Assembly: GCA_964420455.1 (NCBI GenBank) | Contig: CAYQTO010000002.1 | Coordinates: forward strand, 8,796 to 72,795 | From: an uncultured Candidatus Sumerlaeota bacterium | GTDB taxonomy: Bacteria > Sumerlaeota > Sumerlaeia > SLMS01 | Length of the DNA stretch: 64,000 nt | Direction: 5' to 3' | Shown here: one piece after another, positions 1 to 10,023 of the stretch | Layout of the letters: each line of letters begins with the position of its first letter | Numbering within the stretch: the stretch's first letter is position 1 | Program-made: the position numbers and the translations under genes | The notes under the pieces: generated by a model | Databases searched by the model: none | What the model saw: only the letters and a program-made list of their open reading frames with translations | Told to the model about the DNA's origin: nothing

Positions 1-1
1 C

Positions 2-754
2 AACACCGGGTTCTTCGAGGAGGAGGTGGGTCTCCAGTTTCGCGGGCTCGTCTTTGATTACGACGGCACCTCGATCACCAACCTTCGCGAAGTGCCCAGC
101 ACGGGCGTCTCACTCTGGGCTACCGGGGAAACCTACGTCACGCTGCTTGGCACCAACCTCCGGCTGAACGACAGCAACGGGAACCAGATCGGCCTCCAGG
201 AGTTCTCCACCTTTGGCGACTTCGTTATCGGGGGCACTACGGTGGCACGCTTCGACGTCGGCCCCGTTGCGTTCTCCGCTGATGGAGAGACCTACACCAT
301 CGTTGGCTCCTCCCTCGCCCGGGATCTTTCCTTCCGCACCACCGTGGCCGAATACGCGGCCGGGAATCCCTACCTCGACGATGGTCCGCGGCGTGGAATC
401 GGACCATCCTTCAACTTTGCCTTTGGTGGCGGCATGGAGCTTTCGCCCGATGGACAACAGCTCTATGCCTTCCCCAGCGGCCCCGATCGACCAGTGCTCC
501 TCCGTGTGGATGTGGCCACCGGCAATCGGTCGGAGCTGCCATTGTCGCCGCCGGATTCCCTGGACTCCCCCGTCATTCATGGGGTGGGCCCCCGTGTTCC
601 CCTGGCGGGATCGGCGCCGGCCTCCGTGCCGGAGTACGTCGGTCACCTGACCGACGTGCTGCCGTTGAGCGGCGACCGGGCCATCGGGGCGGATGTCAAC
701 GTCGACAGCAAACTGGATTCGGGGGACCTGCGCACGCGCCAGCTGCGGCCGTAG
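2..754 (+). CDS. Hypothetical protein, 5'-truncated by the window edge (C-terminal fragment). Frame is open back to nt 2.
   Basis: ORF 26..754 is the sense frame; the frame is open upstream to the window start; high GC3 codon usage. The antisense ORF 110..646 is RS-rich junk. Confidence 0.55.
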   Translation, partial: NTGFFEEEVGLQFRGLVFDYDGTSITNLREVPSTGVSLWATGETYVTLLGTNLRLNDSNGNQIGLQEFSTFGDFVIGGTTVARFDVGPVAFSADGETYTIVGSSLARDLSFRTTVAEYAAGNPYLDDGPRRGIGPSFNFAFGGGMELSPDGQQLYAFPSGPDRPVLLRVDVATGNRSELPLSPPDSLDSPVIHGVGPRVPLAGSAPASVPEYVGHLTDVLPLSGDRAIGADVNVDSKLDSGDLRTRQLRP

Positions 755-758
755 CGCG

Positions 759-1544
759 TTATTCCTGCACGGCGCCCTTGGCGATCATGCGGCGGGCGAT
801 GAATCCGGCCAAGCGGCGGACGACAAACCTCGGCAGGAACCGCGGCGCCGCCGCCCGCAGGCGCGCCTGGGTCACGCACACGGCCCGCCGGGCCAGCGCC
901 GCCTCGATCCCCATGCGGGCCACCTCCGCCGCCGTCTGTCCCTTGTCGAACAGACTGGGATCGAGCCTCCCCTCCACGTGGAACTGGGTCGGCGTCGGCC
1001 CGGGACAAAGCGCCAGCACGTTGACGTCGCTGTTGCGGAGCTCCTCGTGGAGCGCGTCGGAGAAGCTGAGCACGAACGCCTTGGTTGCGGCGTACAGCGC
1101 AAAGTAGGGCACCGGCTGGAACGCCGCCGTGGAGGCGACGTTGATGATCTGGGCGCTGCGGCTGAGGCGGAGCATGGGCAGGAGGAGATGGGTCAGTTCG
1201 GCCAGGACGACCATGTTCAGCATGGCCATGGCGCGGACCCGTTCAAAATCGAGCGAGTCGTGGCTGCCCACCAGGCCAAAGCCCGCATTATTGACCAGCC
1301 AGGTGGGGTGCATGCCCTCGGACTTGAGGAAGGCGTAGACCTTTTCCGACGCTCCATGCTGGGCGAGGTCGCAGGCGAAGGGGACGGCGCGGATGCCGTT
1401 GCGGTCCTCGAGCTCCTGGGAGAGTTCCCCCAGCCGGTCCGCCGAGCGGGCCACCAGCAGCAGGTTGTGCTGGCGGGCGGCGAGCTGCCGCGCAAACTCC
1501 TCGCCGATCCCCTTGCTCGCACCCGTCACCACCGAGACGTACAT
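759..1544 (-). CDS. Short-chain dehydrogenase/reductase (SDR) family oxidoreductase
   Basis: ORF 759..1643(-). The internal Met gives an N-terminus MYVSVVTGASKGIGEEF, a classic TGxxxGIG Rossmann motif, and the NNAG motif is present. Start refined to 1544. Confidence 0.85.
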   Translation of the reverse strand: MYVSVVTGASKGIGEEFARQLAARQHNLLLVARSADRLGELSQELEDRNGIRAVPFACDLAQHGASEKVYAFLKSEGMHPTWLVNNAGFGLVGSHDSLDFERVRAMAMLNMVVLAELTHLLLPMLRLSRSAQIINVASTAAFQPVPYFALYAATKAFVLSFSDALHEELRNSDVNVLALCPGPTPTQFHVEGRLDPSLFDKGQTAAEVARMGIEAALARRAVCVTQARLRAAAPRFLPRFVVRRLAGFIARRMIAKGAVQE

Positions 1545-1713
1545 CGCAGTCCCACCCTTCGTTTCATGCGGGCCGTGCGGTCGCACGGCCACTCCACTGA
1601 TCGCTTGGCCCGGCAAGGTCCCTCGCACCACGCGGTTGTGCAATCACGAACCTCGGAACGGTGCCCTGCAATCGACTTTACTCCCACGCACCGGGCTGCG
1701 AGGAGTCTCCTCC

Positions 1714-2556
1714 ATGAACCGGTCCTTCCATATCCTGGCCATAATCGCAGCGCTGTTCAACACCGCGCCCGCACAGACGTATTCAACACTCAACGACCAA
1801 ACCTTCCGCCTCGGCAATATCTGGACGTTTCAGGAACTGAGCGCGGGCTTCGGACCCGACGGCGCTTACACCGACACCGACGTGGAGACCTTCCGGATCC
1901 CACGTCTCGCCACCATCGACGGCCGCGAGGCGGTGATCCTCGAACTGCGCGACGACGACGGCCCGGCCACGGAACTCGCCTGGATCGCCAACGCCACCGA
2001 GTTCCGCGAACTCCAGCAACTCTACCGCGACGCCTCCGGGGTGGCCACGCTCGGTTTCGCCTACGAATCCGATTCCGGCGCGCCGGGCATTCTCGCCCTT
2101 CCCAAGGAGGTCACTGCGGGCCAGTCCCTCCCACCGGATACCGGCGATGGGGTGCTGGCGATTTCCGCAGGCGTCGCCTTTGGCCGCGTGGAATCCACCG
2201 TCCTTTTCGAGGGCCGCGAGACACTGACCACCCGCCTCGGCGACTTCGAATGCACCCGTATCCGTGTCCGTCTCCGCCAGGATTTTGATGGGCTCCGGTG
2301 GACGGAGACGCGCACTTTTTGGCTTCACTCCGTCTGCGGGATCGTCCAACTCGCCCTCGAAAGCGAGCTCCAGGAAAATGGCGCAACCACCGCCTTCGAG
2401 ACCTCGGACTTCTCACTGGTCTCCGCGGTGGTGCCCGGTCTGAACCGCTACGTCACGGCGGACAAGTTGCTCGCCCGCGGGGCGGTTGCGGATGCGGACT
2501 TCGAGCCGACAGGGGACGGGCGGCTCGACGCGGCGGATCTTCTCGCCACCCCGTGA
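1714..2556 (+). CDS. Secreted hypothetical protein (signal peptide MNRSFHILAIIAALFNTAPAQ)
   Basis: Within ORF 1393..2556. ATG at 1714 is preceded by AGGAG at 1701-1705. Hydrophobic signal peptide. The upstream part of the ORF is low-complexity. Confidence 0.7.
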   Translation: MNRSFHILAIIAALFNTAPAQTYSTLNDQTFRLGNIWTFQELSAGFGPDGAYTDTDVETFRIPRLATIDGREAVILELRDDDGPATELAWIANATEFRELQQLYRDASGVATLGFAYESDSGAPGILALPKEVTAGQSLPPDTGDGVLAISAGVAFGRVESTVLFEGRETLTTRLGDFECTRIRVRLRQDFDGLRWTETRTFWLHSVCGIVQLALESELQENGATTAFETSDFSLVSAVVPGLNRYVTADKLLARGAVADADFEPTGDGRLDAADLLATP

Positions 2557-2599
2557 AAAGGTTCTTGGCCTTCTTTCCGGCGGCCACCAACCTGTACCC

Positions 2600-3385
2600 A
2601 TGACCCTGCATGCGGAAGACCTCCGGCGCTATCTGGCCGACGTTACCGGGCGGCCGGTGGTCCTGCGCATGAACGACAACCAGCACCGGGTAATCAGCGC
2701 GAACCGCATCGGGGCGACGCCCGGGATTCGCGTCAGCCTCCACCGGATGTTCCTCGAGGCGGACGCCCCCACGCTCGAGGCACTGGCGGCCTTCATCGTC
2801 CGGCCAACGCCTGCCAACCGCGGGGTCGTCCGCACTTTCATTGCCGCCCACGAACACCTTCTGGGTACGCATGTTCCAACGCGTCCGCCCCGGCCGCCGG
2901 CGGGGACCCCGCGGGGCCGCGTCTTTCACCTCCGCCATCGGGCCGACGCCCTCAACGGCCACTACTTTGCCGGCAACCTCGATTTCCGCATCATCTGGGG
3001 CCGGTCTGTCCGCGGAGGCCGGCACCAGCGCCACGTCACTCTCGGTACCTGGAACCGTCTCCAACGCACCATCCGCATCCACCGCATGCTGGATCACCCC
3101 CACGTGCCCCCGTACTACATCGACTTTGTGATCTATCATGAGATGGTGCATATCGTGGTGCCGAGCGAGGCCTGCGGGGGGGGACGGCTGGTGCATCACT
3201 CTCTCGAGTTCCGGGACCTCGAGCGGCAATTCGGCTGCTACGAAGCCGCCGTTGCCTGGGAGAAGCGATGGATGTCGCGTCTGATCCGTGCGTGGAACGG
3301 TGGCGCGGAGCTCCCTCCGGAGGCCGCCCGCGTCTCCCATCCGCGCGCTTGCGCCGGCTTTCCCGGGCACCTTTCCTCCTCATAG
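2600..3385 (+). CDS. YgjP/DUF45-like (M48-related) zinc metallopeptidase, HExxH
   Basis: Within ORF 2486..3385. The HEMVH motif is followed by the HSxEF pattern typical of DUF45/YgjP. Start at ATG 2600 (MTLHAEDL). The antisense 305-aa ORF is Pro/Arg-rich junk. Confidence 0.65.
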   Translation: MTLHAEDLRRYLADVTGRPVVLRMNDNQHRVISANRIGATPGIRVSLHRMFLEADAPTLEALAAFIVRPTPANRGVVRTFIAAHEHLLGTHVPTRPPRPPAGTPRGRVFHLRHRADALNGHYFAGNLDFRIIWGRSVRGGRHQRHVTLGTWNRLQRTIRIHRMLDHPHVPPYYIDFVIYHEMVHIVVPSEACGGGRLVHHSLEFRDLERQFGCYEAAVAWEKRWMSRLIRAWNGGAELPPEAARVSHPRACAGFPGHLSSS

Positions 3386-3472
3386 CCTTGCCCACCATGG
3401 CACAGGCCCTGCACTTCCGTTGCAAATCGCGCCGTGCGCCCGTGGCCGCCCGCCCCCACCAAGGAAACCTCC

Positions 3473-4759
3473 ATGCTCCGCAAGGTCGTCCTGAGCCTCA
3501 TCCTCATCGTTGTGCTGCTCGTGTCGGGCTTCGTGGCCATCGAGTTGGGGATTGCGCTGAGGCCAACGCCGGAGCGCGAGGAGCGGGGGGCGGCGCCGCT
3601 TGCCGTCCGGGTGGAGCGGCTGGAGCAGGGCGACGTCGTTGAGCAGGTGCGCGGCTTCGGCCTGGCGGAGCCGATCCGCCGCGCCCGCGTCGCCGCCCGC
3701 GTCTCCGGACGGCTCGTCGAGATGAACGAGTCACTCCGCGTGGGTCGCCGGCTTTCTGCGGGGGACGTGGTTGCCAGGATCGACCCCCTTCCTTACGAGG
3801 CCGCCGTGGCCCGTGCCGTCGCCCTCGTCGCCGAGACCGGCGAGTCGATCCGCAAGGTGGACTCGGACATCGAGGAGAACGCACGCAAGCGCGAGCTGGT
3901 GGAAAGCGACCTTGAGATCGCACGGTCCGAGGTCCGGCGCGCCACCGAGTTGTTCGAGGAGGGCGTGGCGAGCGAGAGCGCCCGGGACCAGGCCATCTCC
4001 GCCCTGCGGACCGTCGAGCAGCGCCTGAGCGACATCGACCGCGAGGCCGCCTCCCTGCGCATCGAACGCGTCCGTTTCGAGGCGACCCTTCGCGCCCGCA
4101 GCAACGACCTCAAGATCGCCGAGGCCGACCTCGACTATACAACCATCCGCGCCCCCTTCGACGGCATCATCGAGGAACGGGTGGCCGAGAAGGGCGACGT
4201 TCTCTCGCCCGGGCAGACGGTGATCGTGCTGGTGGATCCGAGCGCCCTCGAGCTCCCGATCGAGGTCCCCGCGTCCCAGGCGCGGTCCCTCGCCATCGGC
4301 GCCGCCGCGGAACTCCGCACGGACGAGACGCCCCCACGCCTCACCCGCGGCACCGTCGAGCGCATCGCCCCCACCATCGCCCCCAATTCCCGCACCGTCA
4401 GCGTCTATATCACCATCCCCAACCAGAGGGGCGAGTTCGACCCCGGAACGTTCCTCACCGCCGAGGTCGCCGGACGCCGCTTCGAGGATGTCTACTCCGT
4501 GCCACGCCGCGCCATCGTCGACGGCCGCATCTTCCTCGCTCGCAACGGCGTTGCCGCATTGCTCCAGCCCCGCTTCTTTGTCTATCTGGACGACGTTGCC
4601 CTCACCCGCGACGACCTCGGCGACGGGTCGCTCCTGATCACCACCGGACTCGAGCAGATCTATGAGGGGGCTCCCGTCACGATCCCCGATGCCTCCCCCG
4701 CCGCGCCCCTCGAGGCGCCCCCCGCCGAATCCCTCAGCATGTCCGCCGCCCAGCCATGA
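3473..4759 (+). CDS. Efflux RND transporter periplasmic adaptor subunit (HlyD/MFP family)
   Basis: ORF 3434..4759. N-terminal TM anchor MLRKVVLSLILIVVLLVSGF. Coiled-coil region and beta-barrel (TIRAPFDGII) motifs of membrane fusion proteins. AAGGA precedes the ATG at 3473. Confidence 0.85.
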   Translation: MLRKVVLSLILIVVLLVSGFVAIELGIALRPTPEREERGAAPLAVRVERLEQGDVVEQVRGFGLAEPIRRARVAARVSGRLVEMNESLRVGRRLSAGDVVARIDPLPYEAAVARAVALVAETGESIRKVDSDIEENARKRELVESDLEIARSEVRRATELFEEGVASESARDQAISALRTVEQRLSDIDREAASLRIERVRFEATLRARSNDLKIAEADLDYTTIRAPFDGIIEERVAEKGDVLSPGQTVIVLVDPSALELPIEVPASQARSLAIGAAAELRTDETPPRLTRGTVERIAPTIAPNSRTVSVYITIPNQRGEFDPGTFLTAEVAGRRFEDVYSVPRRAIVDGRIFLARNGVAALLQPRFFVYLDDVALTRDDLGDGSLLITTGLEQIYEGAPVTIPDASPAAPLEAPPAESLSMSAAQP

Positions 4760-7700
4760 ACAAGCTCATCCGCGTCTGCGTCGACAACCCGGTGGCGGTC
4801 AACATCGTCATGTTCGCGGTCATCGCGTTGGGACTCTTCAAGGTCTTCACGCTGGTGCGCGAGTTCTTCCCCCCCGTCGCCTTCGACCGCGTGCTGATCT
4901 CCACTCCGTATCCGGGCGCCACCCCCGAGGAGGTCGAGAAGGGCCTCATCACCAAGATCGAAAACGCCATCGAGGGCGTCGACAACATCGAGGAGATCAC
5001 CTCGATCGCCTACGAGAACGTCGGCTTGGTGATCGTGAAGTCGATCCCCGACGCGGACCTCGATATGTTGGCGGAGGATCTCCGCGTGGAGGTCGACAAC
5101 ATCCAGGACCTGCCGGAGCAGGTGGAGGAATCCACCGTCGACGTGATCGAGCAGCAGGTGCCGGTGATCTCGGTGGTGATCTACGGCTCGACGAGCGAGC
5201 GTCGGCTCAAGCGCGTGGCAGAGGAGGTGAAGGACGAGTTGCTGGCGGCGCCGCTGGTCTCGCGCGTGATGGTATCGGGCACGCGGGCGGAGGAGATCGC
5301 CATCGAGGTCGAGCCCCAGAAGCTCGAGGCGTACGGCCTGACCCTGGCCGAGCTGGGCGGGATCGTCGCTGGGAACAACGTGGACCTGGCCGGCGGCGAG
5401 ATCGACTCGCCGGAGGGCAAGGTCCTCGTCCGCACCCTCGGCGAGGAGACAAGCGGCCTGCCCCTCGAGGACCTGATCGTCCGGAGTGACCCCCGCGGGC
5501 GCACGGTCCGCCTCGCCGAAGTGGCCACCGTTCGCGACGGGTTCGAGGAAACCGCCTTGCGCGGCAAGTTCCGCGGCCAGCGCGCCGTCCAGGTCACCGT
5601 CTTCAAGCGGGTCGACGAGGACGCCGTTGCCATCTCCCGCTACGTGAAGGACTACCTAGAAACGAAACGCGCGCAGTACGCCGGCGAGGCGATCAACTTC
5701 GAATATCGCACGGACCTCGCCCGCTTCATCGAGCAGCGCATCGCCCTGCTCACCAAGAACGCCTTCCAGGGGCTGACGCTGGTCTTCATCGCCCTGGGGC
5801 TGTTCCTCAGCATCCGGATCGCCTTTTGGGTGGGCGTCAGCCTGGTGGTCGCGGCGCTGGGGACCTTCATCATGATGGCGCTGCTCAACGTCAGCATCAA
5901 CCTGATCTCCCTGCTCGGGCTGATCCTTGTGATCGGGCTGCTGGTGGACGATGCGATCATCGTGGCGGAGAATATATACGCCAGGTTCGAGCAGGGCATG
6001 CCCCCCCATGCGGCCGCGGTGGAGGGCGCCCAGGAGGTGGCCCAGCCGGTTCTCGCCACCGGGCTGACGACGATGGCGGCCTTCGCCCCGCTCGCCTACG
6101 CGGAGGGCGTCCTCGGCGACTTCTTCTTCGTGCTGCCGATCGTCGTCGTCTCGGCGATCGGCCTCAGCGTCATCGACAGCTTCACCTTCCTGCCGTCGCA
6201 CCTGGCGGAGCACGGGCGCAACGTCCGGAGACGGAAGCGGCAAGGGGAGCCGTCGGGGTTTGTCTCCCGCACCTCCGGAGAGATCGCCCGCCTCCGCGAA
6301 AGCTGGTTCGGCGAGGGGCTCACGAACCGCTACGAGTGGTTCCTCCGGCTCGCCCTCGAGTGGCGCTACGTCACCATCGCGGCGGCAGTCTCCGTGGGGC
6401 TCTTCACCGTGGCGCTCATTGCCGCCGGCTGGCTCCCCTTCGTTCTGATCCAGCGGCTCGACGCCGACACCCTCGTGGCCGAGGTGGAGATGACCAGCGG
6501 CACCCCGGCGGAGGAAACCGAGGCGGTGCTCGACCGCATGGCCTCAGAGGCGCTCAAGTTCGGGGACGCCCGCACCGTCTATCAGGTTGTCGGCTTCCAG
6601 GAGGAGGCCGACGTGCAGGTGATTCCGGACCCGGCGGTCATCGGCGAGGTGATCGTCGAGCTGTACGAGGTGGACGATCCGGAGAACCCGCGGGTGCGGC
6701 CAAGCCGGGAGATCCTCAACGAATGGCGCGAGGCGGTGGGGCCGGTACCGGGTGCCCTCTCGGTGAAGTTCCGCGACCGTGCCGGCGGCCCGCCGGGCGC
6801 GGAGATTGAACTCAAGGTCAGCGCCCCCGACGACCGCGTCCTTCGCGACGTGGTCCTGTATATACGCGATCGCATGAACCAGTACGTCGGCGTCACCGAC
6901 ATCGAGGACGACGGCGGAAAGGGGAAGATGGAGCTCCGGCTGACCATGAGGCCGACGGCGCGGGCGGTGGGGTTGACGGAGTTGGACATCGCCCAGCAGG
7001 TCCGCAGTGGCTATTTCGGCTACGAGGCGCAGGTGCTCCAGCGTGATCGCGAGGAGGTCGAGGTGTGGGTCCGGCTCGACGCCGCCAGCCGCGCCCAACT
7101 GTCCGAGTTGCTGCGCCTGCGCCTGCTCACTCCCGCTGGCCATCGCGTTCCCCTCGGCGAGGTCGCCAACGTGGAACTCGGCCGCGGCGTCACCTCCATC
7201 ACCCGCGTCGACGGCTTTCACACCACCACGATCACGGCGGATGTGGATTTCGCCCTCGCGAACACCGCCGAGGTCACCGCCGCCATGGAGGCCGAGTTCG
7301 CCGGCGAGCTCGAGGGCCAGCCCGCCCTCGACGATCTCTATCCGGGCGTCACCTTCTCCTTCGAGGGCGCCAAGAAGGAAACCAACGAGGGAGTCGGCTC
7401 CCTCCAAACCGGCTTCCTCTTCGCCCTCATCGCCATCTATTGCATCCTCGCCGTCCTCTTCAAGAGCTACCTCCAGCCCTTCATGGTCATGTGCATCATC
7501 CCCTTCGCGATTGTCGGGGCGTGCCTCGGGCATCTCGTGTATGGCTTCCTGCCGGGCCGCGAGGAATTGCCGATCACCTTCCTCTCGCTCATCGGCATGG
7601 TGGGTCTTTCCGGCATCGTCGTGAACGATTCACTCATCCTCGTCAGCTTCATCAACGAGACCCGGCGATCGAACCGCCATGGCCTGTTCGAGGCCGTGGT

Positions 7701-8019
7701 CGAAGCGGGCCGGCGCCGCTTTCGCCCCATCCTCCTCACCTCCGTCACCACCGTCCTCGGCCTCTTTCCGCTCATGCTCGAGACCAGCTTCCAGGCCCAG
7801 TTCCTCATTCCGATGGCGATCTCCATTTCCTTCGGCCTCGCGCTGGCCACCGTGCTGACGCTGCTGCTGCTGCCGTGCTTCTATCTGGTGCTCGAGGACC
7901 TGCGGACGGTCCTACACTGGCTGGTGACCGGTCGGTGGGAGGTCGTCCGCCTGACCCCTGCCGAGTTCCTCTCGCGCGAGAGCGGCGGCCTCATGGCCCC
8001 GTCCACCGACACCCCCTGA
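4756..8019 (+). CDS. Efflux RND transporter permease subunit (AcrB/HAE1-like, 1087 aa)
   Basis: ORF 4756..8019. 12-TM RND architecture with two large periplasmic loops. ATGA start/stop overlap with the upstream MFP gene, indicating translational coupling. Confidence 0.9.
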   Translation: MNKLIRVCVDNPVAVNIVMFAVIALGLFKVFTLVREFFPPVAFDRVLISTPYPGATPEEVEKGLITKIENAIEGVDNIEEITSIAYENVGLVIVKSIPDADLDMLAEDLRVEVDNIQDLPEQVEESTVDVIEQQVPVISVVIYGSTSERRLKRVAEEVKDELLAAPLVSRVMVSGTRAEEIAIEVEPQKLEAYGLTLAELGGIVAGNNVDLAGGEIDSPEGKVLVRTLGEETSGLPLEDLIVRSDPRGRTVRLAEVATVRDGFEETALRGKFRGQRAVQVTVFKRVDEDAVAISRYVKDYLETKRAQYAGEAINFEYRTDLARFIEQRIALLTKNAFQGLTLVFIALGLFLSIRIAFWVGVSLVVAALGTFIMMALLNVSINLISLLGLILVIGLLVDDAIIVAENIYARFEQGMPPHAAAVEGAQEVAQPVLATGLTTMAAFAPLAYAEGVLGDFFFVLPIVVVSAIGLSVIDSFTFLPSHLAEHGRNVRRRKRQGEPSGFVSRTSGEIARLRESWFGEGLTNRYEWFLRLALEWRYVTIAAAVSVGLFTVALIAAGWLPFVLIQRLDADTLVAEVEMTSGTPAEETEAVLDRMASEALKFGDARTVYQVVGFQEEADVQVIPDPAVIGEVIVELYEVDDPENPRVRPSREILNEWREAVGPVPGALSVKFRDRAGGPPGAEIELKVSAPDDRVLRDVVLYIRDRMNQYVGVTDIEDDGGKGKMELRLTMRPTARAVGLTELDIAQQVRSGYFGYEAQVLQRDREEVEVWVRLDAASRAQLSELLRLRLLTPAGHRVPLGEVANVELGRGVTSITRVDGFHTTTITADVDFALANTAEVTAAMEAEFAGELEGQPALDDLYPGVTFSFEGAKKETNEGVGSLQTGFLFALIAIYCILAVLFKSYLQPFMVMCIIPFAIVGACLGHLVYGFLPGREELPITFLSLIGMVGLSGIVVNDSLILVSFINETRRSNRHGLFEAVVEAGRRRFRPILLTSVTTVLGLFPLMLETSFQAQFLIPMAISISFGLALATVLTLLLLPCFYLVLEDLRTVLHWLVTGRWEVVRLTPAEFLSRESGGLMAPSTDTP

Positions 8020-8038
8020 ACGGAAGGCTGCCTGCCCC

Positions 8039-8500
8039 ATGCGCTTGCTGCTCCAGCGGGTCTCCCGCGCCCGCGTCACCGTCGACGGCGAGATGACCGG
8101 CGAGATCCGCCAGGGTCTCCTCGTCCTTGTTGGCCTCGGCGCGGCCGATTCCGCCGCCCTCTTTCCCGCCGCCACCGAGAAGATGCTCAACCTGCGGATC
8201 TTCGCCGACGACGAGGGAAAGATGAACCGCTCGGTCCGCGACATCGGCGGTGGGGTGCTGCTCGTGTCGCAGTTCACGCTGTATGCGGACGCGCGCAAGG
8301 GCCGCCGGCCGTCGTATATACACGCCATGGCGCCGGCGGAGGCGGAACCGCTCTTTTCCGCCTTCCGCGAACACGTGTCCCGTGTCTATGCGGAGGGTGT
8401 CGTCGCAGGCGGCCGCTTCGGAGCGATGATGGATGTCGAGCTGGTGAACGCCGGGCCGGTGACCATCTGGCTCGATAGCGCGGAGCTGGGCTGGGAGTGA
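8039..8500 (+). CDS. dtd: D-aminoacyl-tRNA deacylase
   Basis: 153 aa. MRLLLQRV...GLLVLVG...LRIF.D.GKMN.SV.DIGGGVL.VSQFTL...NAGPVT matches the Dtd family signature. Confidence 0.85.
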   Translation: MRLLLQRVSRARVTVDGEMTGEIRQGLLVLVGLGAADSAALFPAATEKMLNLRIFADDEGKMNRSVRDIGGGVLLVSQFTLYADARKGRRPSYIHAMAPAEAEPLFSAFREHVSRVYAEGVVAGGRFGAMMDVELVNAGPVTIWLDSAELGWE

Positions 8501-8522
8501 GCGGGCGCGGACTCCCGGCGTG

Positions 8523-9965
8523 CTAGTCCACGATCCGGAATTGCTGGAACCGCGGAACATCGTGATAGAACCGCGGGGCAAGACGGCTCCGCCCGGTGCC
8601 CACCACGGCCTCCGCGGCCCGGAACCCCATGTGGATCGAATGATCCATGTTGTTGTGGAGGAAGAGCCCCTGGCGCCCGACACTCAGGAGGCCCGGGAAG
8701 CCCTCGAGGTACCGAAGCACGGTGCGCAGGCGGCGTCTATACGCCAGGTCGTAGAACGGGTAGGTGAACGGAATCCGATGGACGAAGGTGCGGTCGATCT
8801 CGGCGGGATCGACCAGGCCGGTACGCTCGAGCCCCCGGAGCGTCGCCCGCGTCAGTTCCTCGTCGCTGCGGTTCCACGTCTCGTCGTTCCGGTGGCAGGT
8901 GATCTCGAGCACCAGCAGCGACCGGCCGTCGTCGCCCATCGACTCGTGGAAGTTCTTCGGCTCGTACCCGCGGTTGAAGACCGTGTCCTTTCCCGGGAAG
9001 TAAAGCCACTGGGCGTCGGTGACGCGCGGCCGGCGGACAATGACGCCCACGAGGAAATTGGCGAGGTAGCGGAGCTGGCCGCGGACCTTCGCGACCTCCT
9101 CGTCGGGCCGCTGGGCCAGCAGCATCCGCAGCAGATCACTGACGGGAATCGTGGAAACCACACGGTCGGCCACGAGGCTCTCCCGCTTGCCCGTCTCGCG
9201 ATCGATGATCCCCACCCGGAAGGGCCCCTTGGCGAAGGGATGGAGCGACACGACCTCGCGGACGACGCGGATCTTCCCCCCGCGCTCCTCGACCCCCGCC
9301 CGCAACTTTCTCACGAGGTTTTCCACGCCCCCCGCGATGTAGAAGAACTCCTTCACCGCCGTCGGCTTGTCCTTCGGTTCGCCGACCACGAGCTTCTTGA
9401 CGATCTGGTCGAGGCCGCCGGCGGAGACGCGCACCCGTGCCACGTCGCCATGGAGCCGCGACGGCGCCGTCTTCCACACCTTTCGTGCGTAGGGGCCCAC
9501 CAGCAGCCGGTACAGGTCCGGCCCGAAAGCGTCGACCATCAGCGACTCGAAGGAATCCTCGCTCCTGCCGTTCGACTGAAAGAGCGACGAGGCCTTGTTG
9601 GCGAGGTAGCTGATCCCGGCGTCGGCCACGCGGAGCACGCCGAGGTGGGGAACGATCTGGGCCGGGCGCGGCGGGTAGTCGATCCATCCCCCCTTGAGCC
9701 ACATGCGCGAGACCCGGCGGACCGTCTCGAGCTCGTCTCCCACCAGGTCCCGCAGGAACGCCTTCACGTCGGCCAGTTCCGTGTAGATGCGGTGGGGCCC
9801 GAGGTCGGTCACCTGGCCGTCTACGGTGAGGGACCGTGCGAGCCCCCCGGGGCGCTCTTCCCGCTCCACGAGCGTCACGTCGAGCGTGGGGTCCGACTCC
9901 AGAAGCCGCCACGCCGTGGCCAGTCCACACACACCTGCACCGAGAATGACAACACGCATGCCCAT
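8523..9965 (-). CDS. FAD-dependent oxidoreductase (amine-oxidase/phytoene-desaturase-like fold)
   Basis: ORF 8523..10163(-). Real start MGMRVVILGAGVCGLATAW (GxGxxG dinucleotide-binding motif) at 9965. The upstream 66 codons of the ORF are low-complexity. Confidence 0.75.
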   Translation of the reverse strand: MGMRVVILGAGVCGLATAWRLLESDPTLDVTLVEREERPGGLARSLTVDGQVTDLGPHRIYTELADVKAFLRDLVGDELETVRRVSRMWLKGGWIDYPPRPAQIVPHLGVLRVADAGISYLANKASSLFQSNGRSEDSFESLMVDAFGPDLYRLLVGPYARKVWKTAPSRLHGDVARVRVSAGGLDQIVKKLVVGEPKDKPTAVKEFFYIAGGVENLVRKLRAGVEERGGKIRVVREVVSLHPFAKGPFRVGIIDRETGKRESLVADRVVSTIPVSDLLRMLLAQRPDEEVAKVRGQLRYLANFLVGVIVRRPRVTDAQWLYFPGKDTVFNRGYEPKNFHESMGDDGRSLLVLEITCHRNDETWNRSDEELTRATLRGLERTGLVDPAEIDRTFVHRIPFTYPFYDLAYRRRLRTVLRYLEGFPGLLSVGRQGLFLHNNMDHSIHMGFRAAEAVVGTGRSRLAPRFYHDVPRFQQFRIVD

Positions 9966-10023
9966 TACAGGTGAAACTGGCGGAGAAGGGGCGGAATCGC
10001 CAAGGGGATTTGGCGGTTGTGGG

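Noticed and set aside
5948-8747. Shared 12-mer TATACGCCAGGT at 5948-5959 and 8738-8749.
   Set aside because: This is most likely coincidence, driven by the TATAC motif family next to a common GCC-AGG codon pair. There is no extended similarity on either side.
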